Shown in pieces: positions 1-13,189 of a stretch of DNA of 64,000 nucleotides. The translations under genes and the position numbers were made by a program. The notes below the pieces were generated by a model. The model worked only from the letters and a program-made list of their open reading frames with translations. It had not been told where the DNA came from and did no database searches. This DNA is from Tubulanus polymorphus (lineage: Eukaryota; Animalia; Nemertea), in the NCBI RefSeq assembly GCF_964204645.1, contig NC_134025.1:1178001-1242000 (forward strand). Reading direction: 5' to 3'. How positions within the stretch are numbered: the first letter of the stretch is position 1; each line of letters opens with the position of its first letter.

Positions 1-574
1 GTTTCCTCAATAGAAAAGTTTGAAATTGCTCATTGGTTGCGGCGCATTTCAAACTATGATAAAAGGGAAGTGTTTAAAACACTGAAAGTTGGTAAATTAC
101 TGTTGAATGAGTTGATAGTGATGAAATTAAGTGTTAAAAACATCGTAAGTGGGTAAATTATTGCTAAATCAATATCTCCTCTTGCCTTCTTCAAATGTCA
201 AAAAGAAATGACATTTACTGAATTTTCAGTGACTTACAACATTTATTGCTGCTTTATTCAAATACTGTTCATTGCTGACTGCGTGATGATTATTACCCTC
301 TGTCTTAGGGGTGATAATGAGAGTTGTATTTCTGTCCCTTACCTTCTTGAATTATTACATTAAACATTATTACATTATTACGTTATTAGATTACACATTA
401 TGAACATCTAAAAAACTCGCAAGTTCCTTCTCCATGTTTAATCATTGCACTCTGTTTAGGGGTGATATTTAATGAGTTGATGTAGTTCTTTTGCTGTGGT
501 TTCCTGAATAGGATTGATTGAAATTCCTCGTTTAGTGTTCAAAAACACTGAAATTGGGTTAATTACTACGCAAT

Positions 575-1197
575 CATTTGGTGGTGATGAAAGATAAGTG
601 TTACCAAACACGGAGGGTGAATTACTGCTAAATCATTTGGTGGTGATGAAAGTTAAGTGTTACAAAACACTGAGGGTGAATTACTGCTAAATCAATTGGT
701 GGTGATGAAAGTTAAGTGTTACAAAACACTGAGGGTGAATTACTGCTAAATCATTTGGTGGTGATGAAAGTTAAGTGTTACAAAACACTGGATGAATTAC
801 TGCTAAATCAATTGGCGGTGATGAAAGTTAAGTGTTACAAAACACTGAGGGTGAATTACTGCTAAATCATTTGGTGGTGATGAAAGTTAAGTGTTACAAA
901 ACACTGAGGGTGAATTACTGCTAAATCATTTGGTGGTGATGAAAGCTAAGTGTTACAAAACACTGGATGAATTACTGCTAAATCAATTGGTGGTGATGAA
1001 AGTTAAGTGTTACAAAACACTGGGTGAATAACTGCTAAATCATTTGGTGGTGATGAAAGCTAAGTGTTACAAAACACTGAGGGTGAATTTCTGCTAAATC
1101 ATTTGGTGGTGATGAAAGTTAAGTGTTACAAAACACTGAGGGTGAATTACTGCTAAATCATTTGGTGGTGATGAAAGCTAAGTGTTACAAACACTGA
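575..1197. repeat. Tandem array A1, ~59-bp unit (GGTGGTGATGAAAGTTAAGTGTTACAAAACACTGAGGGTGAATTACTGCTAAATCATTT), ~10 copies
   Basis: Near-identical units directly visible in tandem. Confidence 0.95.
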
Positions 1198-3240
1198 TAC
1201 ACTCTGTTTTGGGATGATATTGAGTTCAGGAGTCTCATCCTTCCTTCTCCAACTGTCAAGTAGAAACGTGACAAACAAACTGAATTGTCAGTGTATTACA
1301 ACACTGATGACCTCCTTTAATACTGCTGCTTGCTGCTGGGTGTTAATTAATACACTCTGTTTTGGGGTGATATTGAGTTCAGGAGTCTCCTCCTTCCTTC
1401 TTCAACTGTCATGTAGAAACGTGACAAACAAACTGAATTGTCAGTGTGTTACAGCACTGATGACCTCCTTTAATACTGCTGCTTGCCACTGGGTGTTAAT
1501 TCTTACCTCCTTCCCTTAACATCTTGAATTATTACATTAAACATTATTACAATTAAAATTATTACATTAAACATTATAACATCATGAATCATCCTCCTTA
1601 AATACTGCTGCTTGCTGCTTGCTGCTCTGTTTTGGGGTGATATTGAGTGCAGGAGTCTCCTCCTTCCTTCTTCAACTGTCATGTGGAAACGTGACAAACT
1701 GATGTGGTACAACACTGATGGTCTCCTTTAATACTGCTGCTTGCTGCTGGGTGTTAATTAATACACTCTGTTTTGGGGTGATATTGAGTGCATGAGTCTC
1801 CTCCTTCCTTCTTCAACTGTCATGTAGAAACATGACAAACAAACTGAATTGTCAGTGTGTTACAAAACTGATGACCTCCTTTATTACTGCTGCTTGCTGC
1901 TGGGTGTTAATTCTTACCTCCTTCCCTGAACTTCTTGAATTATTACATTAGACATTATTACAATAAAAATTATTACATTAAACATTATAACATCATGAAT
2001 CTTCCTCCTTAAATATAGCTGCTTGCTGCTGGCTCTGTTTCGGGGTGATATTGAGTTCAGGAGTCTTCTCCTTCCTTCTTCAACTGTCATGTAGAAACGT
2101 GACAAACAAACTGAATTGTCAGTGTGTTACAACACTGATGACCTCCTTTAATACTGCTGCTTGCTGCTGGGTGTTAATTGATACACTCTGTTTTGGGGTG
2201 ATATTGAATGCAGGAGTCTCCTCCTTCCTTCAACTGTCATGTAGAAACGTGACTAACAAACTGAATTATCAGTGCGTTACAACACTGATGACCTCCTTTA
2301 ATACTGCTGCTTGCTGCTGGGTGTTAATTCTTACCTCCTTCCCTTAACATCTTGAATTATTACATTAAACATTATTACAATTAAAATTATTACATTAAAC
2401 ATTATAACATCATGAATCATCCTCCTTAAATACTGCTGCTTGCTGCTTGCTGCTCTGTTTTGGGGTGATATTGAGTGCAGGAGTCTCCTCCTTCCTTCTT
2501 CAACTGTCATGTAGAAACGTGACAAACAAACTGAATTGTCAGTGTGTTACAACACTGATGGCCTCCATTAATACTGCTGCTCGTTGCTGCTGGGTGTTAA
2601 TTCTTACCTCCTTCCCTGAACTTCTTGAATTATTACATTAGACATTATTACAATAAAAATTATTACATTAAACATTATAACATCATGAATCTTCCTCCTT
2701 AAATATAGCTGCTTGCTGCTGGCTCTGTTTCGGGGTGATATTGAGTGCAGGAGTCTCCTCCCTCCTGCTTCAGCTGTCATGTAGAAACGTGACAAACAAA
2801 CTGAATTGTCAGTGTGTTACAACACTGATGACCTCCTTTAATACTGCTGCTTGCTGCTGGGTGTTAATTCTTACCTCCTTCCCTTAACATCTTGAATTAT
2901 TACATTAAACATTATTACAATTAAAATTATTACATTAAACATTATAACATCATGAATCATCCTCCTTAAATACTGCTGCTTGCTGCTTGCTGCTCTGTTT
3001 TGGGGTGATATTGAGTGCAGGAGTTTCCTCCTTCCTGCTTCAACTGTCATGTAGAAACGTGACAAACTGATGTGGTACAACACTGATGGTCTCCTTTAAT
3101 ACTGCTGCTTACTGCTGGGTGTTAATTAATACACTCTGTTTTGGGGTGATATTGAGTGCAGGAGTCTCCTCCTTCCTTCTTCAACTGTCATGTAGAAACG
3201 TGACTAACAAACTGAATTGTCAGTGTGGTACAACACTGGT
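1198..3240. repeat. Mosaic tandem array of ~153-bp unit B interleaved with ~125-bp unit C
   Basis: Recurrent CTCTGTTTTGGGGTGATATTGAGT... (B) and TTCTTACCTCCTTCCC...ATTATTACATTAAAC (C). The repeated ORF-track peptides here are by-products of these units. Confidence 0.93.
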
Positions 3241-5376
3241 GATGAAAGCTAAGTGTTACAAATCACTGTGGGTGAATTACTGCTAAATCAATTGGCGGTG
3301 ATGAATGTTAAGTGTTACAAAACACTGAGGGTGAATTACTGCTAAATCATTTGGTGGTGATGAAAGTTGAGTGTTACAAAACACTGAGGGTGAATTACTG
3401 CTAAGTCATTTGGTGGTGATGAAAGTTAAGTGTTACAAAACACTGAGGGTGAATTACTGCTAAATCATTTGGTGGTGATGAAAGTTAAGTGTTACAAAAC
3501 ACTGAGGGTGAATTACTGCTAAGTCATTTGGTGGTGATGAATGTTTAGTGTTACAAAACACTGGGTGAATTACTGCTAAATCATTTGGTGGTGATGAAAG
3601 CTAAGTGTTACAAACACTGAGGGTGAATTACTGCTAAATCATTTGGTGGTGATGAAAGTTGAGTGTTACAAAACACTGAGGGTGAATTACTGCTAAGTCA
3701 TTTGGTGGTGATGAAAGCTAAGTGTTACAAAACACTGGATGAATTACTGCTAAATCAATTGGCGGTGATGAATGTTAAGTGTTACAAAACACTGAGGGTG
3801 AATTACTGCTAAATCATTTGGTGGTGATGAAAGTTGAGTGTTACAAAACACTGAGGGTGAATTACTGCTAAGTCATTTGGTGGTGATGAAAGTTAAGTGT
3901 TACAAAACACTGAGGGTGAATTACTGTTAAATCAATTGGCGGTGATGAAAGCTAAGTGTTACAAAACACTGGATGAATTACTGCTAAATCAATTGGCCGT
4001 GATGAATGTTAAGTGTTACAAAACACTGAGGGTGAATTACTGCTAAATCATTTGGTGGTGATGAAAGTTGAGTGTTACAAAACACTGAGGGTGAATTACT
4101 GCTAAGTCATTTGGTGGTGATGAAAGTTAAGTGTTACAAAACACTGAGGGTGAATTACTGCTAAATCATTTGGTGGTGATGAAAGTTAAGTGTTACAAAA
4201 CACTGAGGGTGAATTAATGCTAAGTCATTTGGTGGTGATGAATGTTTAGTGTTACAAAACACTGGGTGAATTACTGCTAAATCATTTGGTGGTGATGAAA
4301 GCTAAGTGTTACAAACACTGAGGGTGAATTACTGCTAAATCATTTGGTGGTGATGAAAGTTGAGTGTTACAAAACACTGAGGGTGAATTACTGCTAAGTC
4401 ATTTGGTGGTGATGAAAGCTAAGTGTTACAAAACACTGGATGAATTACTGCTAAATCAATTGGCGGTGATGAATGTTAAGTGTTACAAAACACTGAGGGT
4501 GAATTACTGCTAAATCATTTGGTGGTGATGAAAGGTAAGTGTTACAAAACACTGAGGGTGAATTACTGCTAAATCATTTGGTGGTGATGAAAGTTAAGTG
4601 TAACAAAACACTGAGGGTGAATTACTGCTAAGTCATTTGGTGGTGATGAAAGTTAAGTGTTACAAAACACTGGGTGAATAACTGCTAAATCATTTGGTGG
4701 TGATGAAAGTTAAGTGTAACAAAACACTGAGGGTGAATTACTGCTAAGTCATTTGGTGGTGATGAATGTTAAGTGTTACAAAACACTGGGTGAATAACTG
4801 CTAAATCATTTGGTGGTGATGAAAGCTAAGTGTTACAAAACACTGAGGGTGAATGACTGCTAAATCAATTGGTGGTGATGCAAGTTAAGTGTTACAAAAC
4901 ACTGAGGGTGAATGACTGCTAAATCAATTGGCGGTGATGAATGTTAATTGTTACAAAACACTGAGGGTGAATGACTGCTAAATCAATTGGTGGTGATGCA
5001 AGTTAAGTGTTACAAAACACTGAGGGTGAAATACTGCTAAGTCATTTGGTGGTGATGAAAGTTAAGTGTTACAAAACACTGAGGGTGAATGACTGCTAAA
5101 TCAATTGGTGGTGATGAAAGTTAAGTGTTACAAAACACTGAGGGTGAATTACTGCTAAATCAATTGGCGGTGATGAATGTTAATTGTTGCAAAACACTGA
5201 GGGTGAATGACTGCTAAATCAATTGGTGGTGATGCAAGTTAAGTGTTACAAAACACTGAGGGTGAATTACTGCTAAGTCATTTGGTGGTGATGAAAGTTA
5301 AGTGTTACAAAACACTGAGGGTGAATTACTGCTAAATCATTTGGTGGTGATGAATGTTAAGTGTTACAAACACTGA
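3241..5376. repeat. Tandem array A2, ~59-bp unit, ~36 copies
   Basis: Same unit as 575-1197, with 57-59-bp variants. Confidence 0.95.
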
Positions 5377-6738
5377 TACACTCTGTTTTGGGGTGATATT
5401 GAGTGCAGGAGTCTCCTCCTTCAACTGTCATGTAGAAACGTGACAAACAAACTGAATTGTCAGTGTATTACAACACTGATGACCTCCTTTAATACTGCTG
5501 CTTGCTGCTGGGTGTTAATTAATACACTCTGTTTTGGGGTGATATTGAGTGCAGGAGTCTCCTCCTTCCTGCTTGAACTGTCATGTAGAAACGTGACAAA
5601 CTGAATTGTCAGTGTGGTACAACACTGATGACCTCCTTTAATACTGCTGCTTGCTGCTGGGTGTTAATTGATACACTCTGTTTTGGGGTGATATTGAGTG
5701 CAGGAGTCTCCTCCTTCCTTCTTCAACTGTCATGTAGAAACGTGACAAACTGAATTGTCAGTGTGTTACAGCACTGATGACCTCCTTTAATACTGCTGCT
5801 TGCTGCTGGGTGTTAATTCTTACCTCCTTCCCTTAACATCTTGAATTATTACATTAAACATTATTACAATTAAAATCATTACATTAAACATTATAACATC
5901 ATGAATCATCCTCCTTAAATACTGCTGCTTGCTGCTTGCTGCTTGCTGCTCTGTTTTGGGGTGATATTGAGTGCAGGAGTCTCCTCCTTCCTTCTTCAAC
6001 TGTCATGTAGAAACGTGACAAACAAACTGAATTGTCAGTGTGGTACAACACTGATGGCCTCCTCTAATACTGCTGCTTGCTGCTGGGTGTTAATTGATAC
6101 ACTCTGTTTTGGGGTGATATTGAGTGCAGGAGTCTCCTCCTTCCTTCTTCAACTGTCATGTAGAAACGTGACTAACAAACTGAATTGTCAGTGTGGTACA
6201 ACACTGATGGCCTCCTCTAATACTGCTGCTTGCTGCTGGGTGTTAATTGATACACTCTGTTTTGGGGTGATATTGAGTGCAGGAGTCTCCTCCTTCCTTC
6301 TTCAACTGTCATGTAGAAACGTGACAAACAAACTGAATTGTCAGTGTGGTACAACACTGATGGCCTCCTCTAATACTGCTGCTTGCTGCTGGGTGTTAAT
6401 TGATACACTCTGTTTTGGGGTGATATTGAGTGCAGGAGTCTCCTCCTTCCTTCTTCAACTGTCATGTAGAAACGTGACTAACAAACTGAATTCTCAGTGT
6501 GGTACAACACTGATGGCCTCCTCTAATACTGCTGCTTGCTGCTGGGTGTTAATTGATACACTCTGTTTTGGGGTGATATTGAGTGCAGGAGTCTCCTCCT
6601 TCCTGCTTCAACTGTCATGTAGAAACATGACTAACAAACTGAATTGTCAGTGTGTTACAAAACTGATGACCTCCTTTAATACTGCTGCTTGCTGCTGCGT
6701 GTTAATTAATACACTCTGTTTTGGGGTGATATTGAGTT
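5377..6738. repeat. Tandem array of 153-bp unit B with one C unit
   Basis: The 51-aa periodicity of ORF 5943..6845 equals a 153-bp DNA period. Confidence 0.93.
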
Positions 6739-6754
6739 TTGGCGAGTTTTGCCT

Positions 6755-7552
6755 CCCGATCGTCCTCATTACGACTGTACGTTTTAAATGTATAAATATT
6801 CAAAACAGCTATCCATCGATAGCTTTGTGGTGGTTGAATTTTTGAAATGTCGCTGGTGTTGGTTCTGTGTATATATTGTAATATATGCCGGTGAATTGGG
6901 ATTGATTATGTTTCCTGATCGTCCTTATTGCGACTTAACGTTTTAAATATATAAATATTCAATACAGCTATCCATCGATAGCTTTGTGGTGGTTGAATCA
7001 TTGAAATGTCGCTGGTGTTGGTTCTGTGTATATATTGTAATATATGTCAGTGAAATGGGATTGATTATGTTTCCTGATCGTCCTTATTGCGACTTAACGT
7101 TTTAAATATATAAATATTCAATACAGCTATCCATCGATAGCTTTGTGGTGGTTGAATCATTGAAATGTCGCTGGTGTTGGTTCTGTGTATATATTGTAAT
7201 ATATGCCGGTGAATTGAGATTGATTATGTTTCCTGATCGTCCTTATTGCGACTTAACGTTTTAAATGTATAAATATTCAAAACAGCTATCCATCGATAGC
7301 TTTGTGGTGGTTGAATCATTGAAATATCGCTGGTGTTGGTTCTGTGTATATATTGTAATATATGCCGGTGAATTGGGATTGATTATGTTTCCTGATCGTC
7401 CTTATTGCGACTTAACGTTTTAAATATATAAATATTCAATACAGCTATCCATCGATAGCTTTGTGGTGGTTGAATCTTTGAAATATCGCTGGTGTTGGTT
7501 CTGTGTATATATTGTAATATATGCCGGTGAATTGGGATTGATTATGTTTCCT
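6755..7552. repeat. Tandem array D, 159-bp unit, ~5 copies
   Basis: CCTGATCGTCC recurs at 6914, 7073, 7232, 7391. Confidence 0.93.
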
Positions 7553-7860
7553 ATAGATGCTGGCAAATTGTGATACTTAATCATATTTGCTTAATTGCAA
7601 TTTCCATTTTAACTGTATATATACACTATCATGTGCTATCCTGTGATAGCTACGTAAATCTGTCAATCTTCGGGTGATGGTTCAATGTGTACAGATGCTG
7701 GCAAATTGTGATACTTAATCATGTTTGCTTAATTGCGATTTTCCGTTTTAACTGTATATATACAAACATGCTATCCTGTGATAGCTACTTAATTCTGTTG
7801 ATCTTCGGGTGGTGGTTCCATACATGGTATATATATGCTTGCAAATTGCTATACTTAATT
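7553..7860. repeat. Tandem duplication E, ~138-bp unit, 2+ copies
   Basis: AGATGCTGGCAAATTGTGATACTTAATCAT at 7555 and 7693, partial third copy near 7835. Confidence 0.85.
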
Positions 7861-9185
7861 GATATTGACTGAATTGTCAGCGACTTCAGGCCAAGCTGAT
7901 ATTGAGTCTTGGAGTGTTCTCCTTCCCTTACCTTCTTCAAATGTCAAGACGACATGCGATATTGACTGAATTGTCAGTGACTTCAGGCCAGGCTGATATT
8001 GAGTCTTGGAGTGTTCTCCTTTCCTTACCTTCTTCAAATGCCAAGACGACATGCGATATTGACTGAATTGTCAGTGACTTCAGGCCAGGCTGATATTGAG
8101 TCTTGGAGTGTTCTCCTTCCCTTACCTTCTTCAAATGCCAAGACGACATGCGATATTGACTGAATTGTCAGTGACTTACAACATTGATTGCTGCTTTATT
8201 CAAATACTGCTCCTTGCTGCTGCGTGTTAACTATTACGCTCTGTCTTAGGGGTGATAATGAGAATTGTATTTCTGTCCCGTGCCTTCTTCCATTATTACA
8301 TTAAACATTATTACATCATGAATTATAACATTATTACATTATCAAAATACACATTATGAACATCTAAAAAACTTGCAAGTTCCTTCTCCATGTTTATTCA
8401 TTGCACTCTGTTTAGGGGTGATATTGAATGAGTTGATGTAGTTCTTTTGCTGTGGTTTCCAGAATAAGATTGATTGAAATTCCTCGTTTAGCGTTCAAAA
8501 ACACTGAAAGTGGGAAAATAACTGCTGAATCAATATTTTCTCTTACCTCCTTCAAATGTCAATATGAACTGTAACATTGACTGAATAATCAGCGACTTCA
8601 GGCCAGGCTGATATTAAGTGTTGGAGTGTTCTCCTTTCCTTACCTTCTTCAAATGCCAAGACGACATGCGATATTGACTGAATTGTCAGCGACTTCAGCC
8701 AGGCTGATATTGAGTCTTGGAGTGTTCTCCTTTCCTTACCTTCTTCAAATGCCAAGACGACATGCGATATTGACTGAATTGTCAGCGACTTCAGCCAGGC
8801 TGATATTGAGTCTTGGAGTGTTCTCCTTTCCTTACCTTCTTCAAATGCCAAGACGACATGCGATATTGACTGAATTGTCAGCGACTTCAGGCCAGGCTGA
8901 TATTAAGTGTTGGAGTGTTCTCCTTTCCTTACCTTCTTCAAATGCCAAGACGACATGCGATATTGACTGAATTGTCAGCGACTTCAGCCAGGCTGATATT
9001 AAGTGTTGGAGTGTTCTCCTTTCCTTACCTTCTTAAAATGTCAAGACGACATGCGATATTGACTGAATTGTCAGTGACTTCAGGCCAGGCTGATATTGAG
9101 AGTCTTGGAATGTTCTCCTACCCTTATCTTCCTCAAAATGTCAAAAATAAGTGTGACATGTACTGAATTGTCAGTGACTTACATC
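7861..9185. repeat. Tandem array F, 95-97-bp unit, ~9 copies, interrupted at ~8173-8575 by a copy of region ~231-570
   Basis: GATATTGACTGAATTGTCAG at 7861, 7958, 8055, 8152 and again through 8575-9100. 8173-8520 aligns with 231-570. Confidence 0.9.
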
Positions 9186-9872
9186 ACTGATTGTTGCTGA
9201 CACTCTAAGCCTATTGATTGTGGTGATATTCACGTTCAAGATTGCTGACTGGCAGCCATATTGAATTGGAACACTGTAACTTATAACATGTTTCGTGTAT
9301 AGCTCCAGAAGTCTATTGATTTTGGTGGTATTTGCAGTCAAGATTGCCGACTGGTGGCCATATTAGATTGTAATGCTGTTTCTATCGGTAAGATTTGTGA
9401 AGTAGATTTTCACACACTGGGTATATAGTTTGAGAATCTATTAATTTTGGTGATATACGTGTTGAAGATTGCTCCTTAGATTGTCAAGTATAATTGTGGC
9501 ATAAAAAATAATGAATGTTCAGTGACTTACAGCACTAGCACTGATTATTACTCCACGTTAGTGAGTGATAAAAATATCAGGGTCTAAAACTTTGATAAGG
9601 TATATAAGTTTGACAGTGTAAAAAACCGTTAGCATTCAAATTACTTTAAACATCTCAGAAAGATGGTTAATCGTAAACACTGGCAAAAACAATTGACGTC
9701 TCACTTTGCACTTGACGTCTCACTTCGCACTCGATGTCTCACTTTGCACTTGCACCGATGCATCACTTGCACTAAACAGCACTTGCACACCCGCGGGTCC
9801 ATGCGCATGGTAAACAAATTGATCAGCATGCAGCACGCGATCTTTGTGTGTGAAAATAATTTACAAACAGCT

Positions 9873-11470
9873 GTGAGTTAAAAATTAAAGAAGGTATGTT
9901 TGTGTAATTTCTTGTAAAATCTCCAACAACGATGATGTAAAGAAAAACATAATGTCCATTTTATAATGTTGTAAAAATGAAAAGTGTTGCATAGTTAAAT
10001 ATTAATGAGTAAAATGAGAGAAAAGAGCAAGAAGAAAGTCCCAGAAAGAGAAGCGTTGAATTGGTGTCTGTTGTCAGCAGAGATCGTAGGTAATCTCCAC
10101 CCCTCAAACACAAAGTTCAAGATGATACCGAAAGTTTCTGAGGTTCTGAGAAAGTTCGCTAAGTCAAGACTATAAATCAGGTAAAATATAAATTGCTATA
10201 AATTGTTTTGTAGATAAGAATGTTTCAACTAGGACGGTAGGTTAGTTATAACATGAACATGTATTGCATGTTATCTTATTGTAGTGTGTATTGATTTGGT
10301 CGTCAAGTACAAAATACCAAAGGATTGATGGGAACCGCCATTCAGGATTGTTCCAGTTGTGCAGAGCAGTATTTAAGGTGCCATGAGTCTGAATTGACTA
10401 TAAATCAGGTAAAATTTCTTTTTTTAAGAATTATTCATTTTTTTGTGTACATTGTAGTATTGAGCTTGTGGTTGGCTGTACAATATCAGATGACAGGAAG
10501 ATCAGATCAGAGATGCTGAACAATTTCTTCTTTCAGTGTTTGTCTGTGGAAATCGAAGTATTCTGAGGAATCCCCACATCAAACAGAAAGTTCAAGAAGA
10601 TACTAAATGTTGCTGGAGTTCTGAGCACTTTCTTTTTTAAGTCATAAGTCTGAATTGACTATAATCAGGTATAATTGAACTTGATGTGAATTTCATTGTA
10701 AGAACAGCAGACTTAATGAAGCTGGTTACTTTTATTCAATGTATTTCTGTTGTAGCCAGTGGTTTGTCTGTTTGTTGGTTGTTGGTAGAGAGGAAAGGAA
10801 ACATCAGAGATCACGAAGCGTTCAGCAAATTTCAAAAGGTCCAAGTCATGAGTCTGAATTGACTATAAATCAGGTATAATTAAACTTGATATGAATTTCA
10901 TGGTAGGAACAGCAGACTAAATGATGCTGGTTACTTTTATTCTATGTATTTTTGTTGTAGCCAGTGGTTTGTCTGTTTGTTGTGGTCGTTGTTGGTAAAG
11001 ACATGTAACTCTACAGGAAAGAGAAACATCAAAGATCTGGAAGTGTTGAGTGTATTTCTCCAGGTCGATGTCGTGAGTCTGAATTGACTATAAATCAGGT
11101 ATAGTTGAAATTTATCTTTGGAGAAGAGTCTTAAAAATGATAGCATTATTCATATTTTGTGTTTTGTCATTGTAGTATTGAGTGTGTGGTTGGCTGTAGA
11201 ATATCAGATAACAGGAAAAGATCAGATCAGAGATGCCGACCAATTTCTCCGTCAAATCGGGACTTACTTCAGTGATTGTTACCGCGAGTTATCGTAGTTC
11301 CAGAGATGCTGAACAATTTCTCCGTCAAATCGGGACTTATTTCAGTGATTGTTACCGCGAGTTATCGTAGTTCCAGAGATGCTGAACAATATCTCCGTCA
11401 AATGTGGACTTATTTCAGTGATTGTTACCGCGAGTTATCATAGTTCCAGAGATGCTGAACAATTTCTCAG
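9873..11470 (+). ncRNA. Putative spliced non-coding transcript built from repeated exon-intron cassettes
   Basis: Five donors GACTATA(A)ATCAG|GTA (exon ends 10180, 10408, 10668, 10873, 11098) paired with pyrimidine-rich TTGTAG acceptors (10284, 10457, 10755, 10960, 11175). No continuous ORF in the frames I checked. Confidence 0.4.
11231..11470. repeat. Tandem repeat, 73-bp unit, ~3.3 copies
   Basis: AGATGC(T/C)GA(A)CAAT at 11231, 11304, 11377, 11450. Confidence 0.9.
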
Positions 11471-12442
11471 CCAAATAGCAGAGATATTTCACTGTTGAGG
11501 ATTTCTCTGTGTTTGTAATTACGACTTATCGTTTTAAGTTTATTTATTTAAAGAGGCTGTTAGCTTCCGTGTAGGGTGAATGAAAATACACATTGTACAT
11601 CTATTGAAAAATGAATATGAATTGATTGTTTGATTGGCTGGTTTGGTGTTGAATCTGATTGTGGGTTATTAATTACTGATTTGCTGCAACTTTGCGTTTT
11701 AAGTGTATATGTTTCAAGGGGCTTCTTTTGCTTGTTTTTGTGCTTGTTAAATGATTTCTGAAATGATAGTTTTGTATTCTATCTCATTATTGAGGATCAA
11801 ACTTTGGTTTTAGAGTTTTATTACAGCGATGAATGAATGTGCTGTATATGTGGAGATTTTGTACTTGTGACTGTGTTTGTAAATACATTTATTTCTTTAA
11901 AATGATAGTTTTTGTGTTCTATCTCATTCTGAGGATGTTAAACTCAAGATTCTCAGTTTGATCTTTACTTGTTTGTTGATTTGCTCAATACATTGATTTT
12001 ATGATGTTTGATTTTTGGTTGAAATATTGTTTATCAATATATTTTGAACTACTATCCACTAGTTGTTATAACATCAGCGTCACTAGTGGTCAGTTGTTCG
12101 CTACAAATTATGTGTTACTTTTTCTTCGTATCATGTACAGTGGACTCTCTGTTAACTGGAATCATTTCAAGTCTAATTAAGACTGTATATAATCCTTAAG
12201 ACACAGATTCGAGTACATGTATCTCATTTGACCAATTTCAATTCTAGTTTCTTACATCTTGGAGTAATCATTCTCCAAGCTTACACCAACCCAGACATAA
12301 ACACATGGAACTATTGCATTGAAGTTTTATTGTCTACAGGTGACTAGAACTATCACCTTGTCTTAATTGATTCCGGTTAGAAGTCTATTGTACATGGATT
12401 ATTTTTGCTCTGGAAGTGAATGAAATGAAATTATTGAGAGTA

Positions 12443-12596
12443 CAGTTGAACCTCATTGATACGATTCTGTTTGTAGCTTGTCCCAGTTAAAATGTTTATA
12501 TGAATCCAGAATTGGATAATATGAAACCTGGTTATTACATGTACGACAATTTCACTTTTTCCCTTAAGATTCGTGTTTAACAGGAAGGTTCAATTG
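12443..12596. mobile_element. Tc1/mariner-pogo-type MITE, degenerate
   Basis: TA flanks, imperfect TIRs CAGTTGAACCT / AGGTTCAATTG. Interior resembles 28056-28213. Confidence 0.65.
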
Positions 12597-13189
12597 TACA
12601 ATGATAATTTCAAACCACTCTCGATGTGGTAGAGACTTTCTTTTTTGCAACTTTGAATTACTCCAAAGTTACCTCAAGGCAGTGCGGTACCGATTTGCAG
12701 ACTGGCACTGCCCTATCTGACGCCTATGCTCCGTAACAACCCATACCATTGAGACACCCGTTTAGACTTTGCTACTGCCCCTTACTACCTCATTCTTCAA
12801 ACACGGCTTGACACCCATCCCTTTCAGATGTGTCTGATATTCAATGTCTGTGTTACGGCAGGCAGCAGATTAAAACCTGCATGGGCTACCTTTTACTGCA
12901 ACTCGCCAACTTAGAGTAATAAGGCGTTAAAATCGCACTGATAATTTATTAGCCTAAAATCCATCTGAAATATGCTCATTGGCTTTACATCATATATAAA
13001 AAGCGAACATAAAACAGAGAACTAAAACTGGTATAATCGAGTGCTTTGATGCTTTAGATTTATCCACTTGACGGCGAGTGTGAGTTTAACTTAAACACAA
13101 TGAACAAGAGCAAAGAGATAATAAGAGCAATGTAGACAGTTCAGCAAAATTCCAATAGATGGCGACTTAAGCTTGGTACTGAATTAGAT

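Noticed and set aside
7861-9130. Minus-strand AG|GTAAG donor motifs in units C and F read as a repetitive spliced gene
   Set aside because: Implied introns are ~36 nt, purine-rich and lack polypyrimidine tracts
1214-9166. Repeated ORF-track peptides, including the 300-aa ORF 5943..6845
   Set aside because: They are translations of satellite units; neighbouring copies carry frameshifting 4-bp indels, so frame is not conserved
575-9185. CRISPR-like repeat arrays
   Set aside because: Units are contiguous with no unique spacers, there are no cas genes, and the context is eukaryotic
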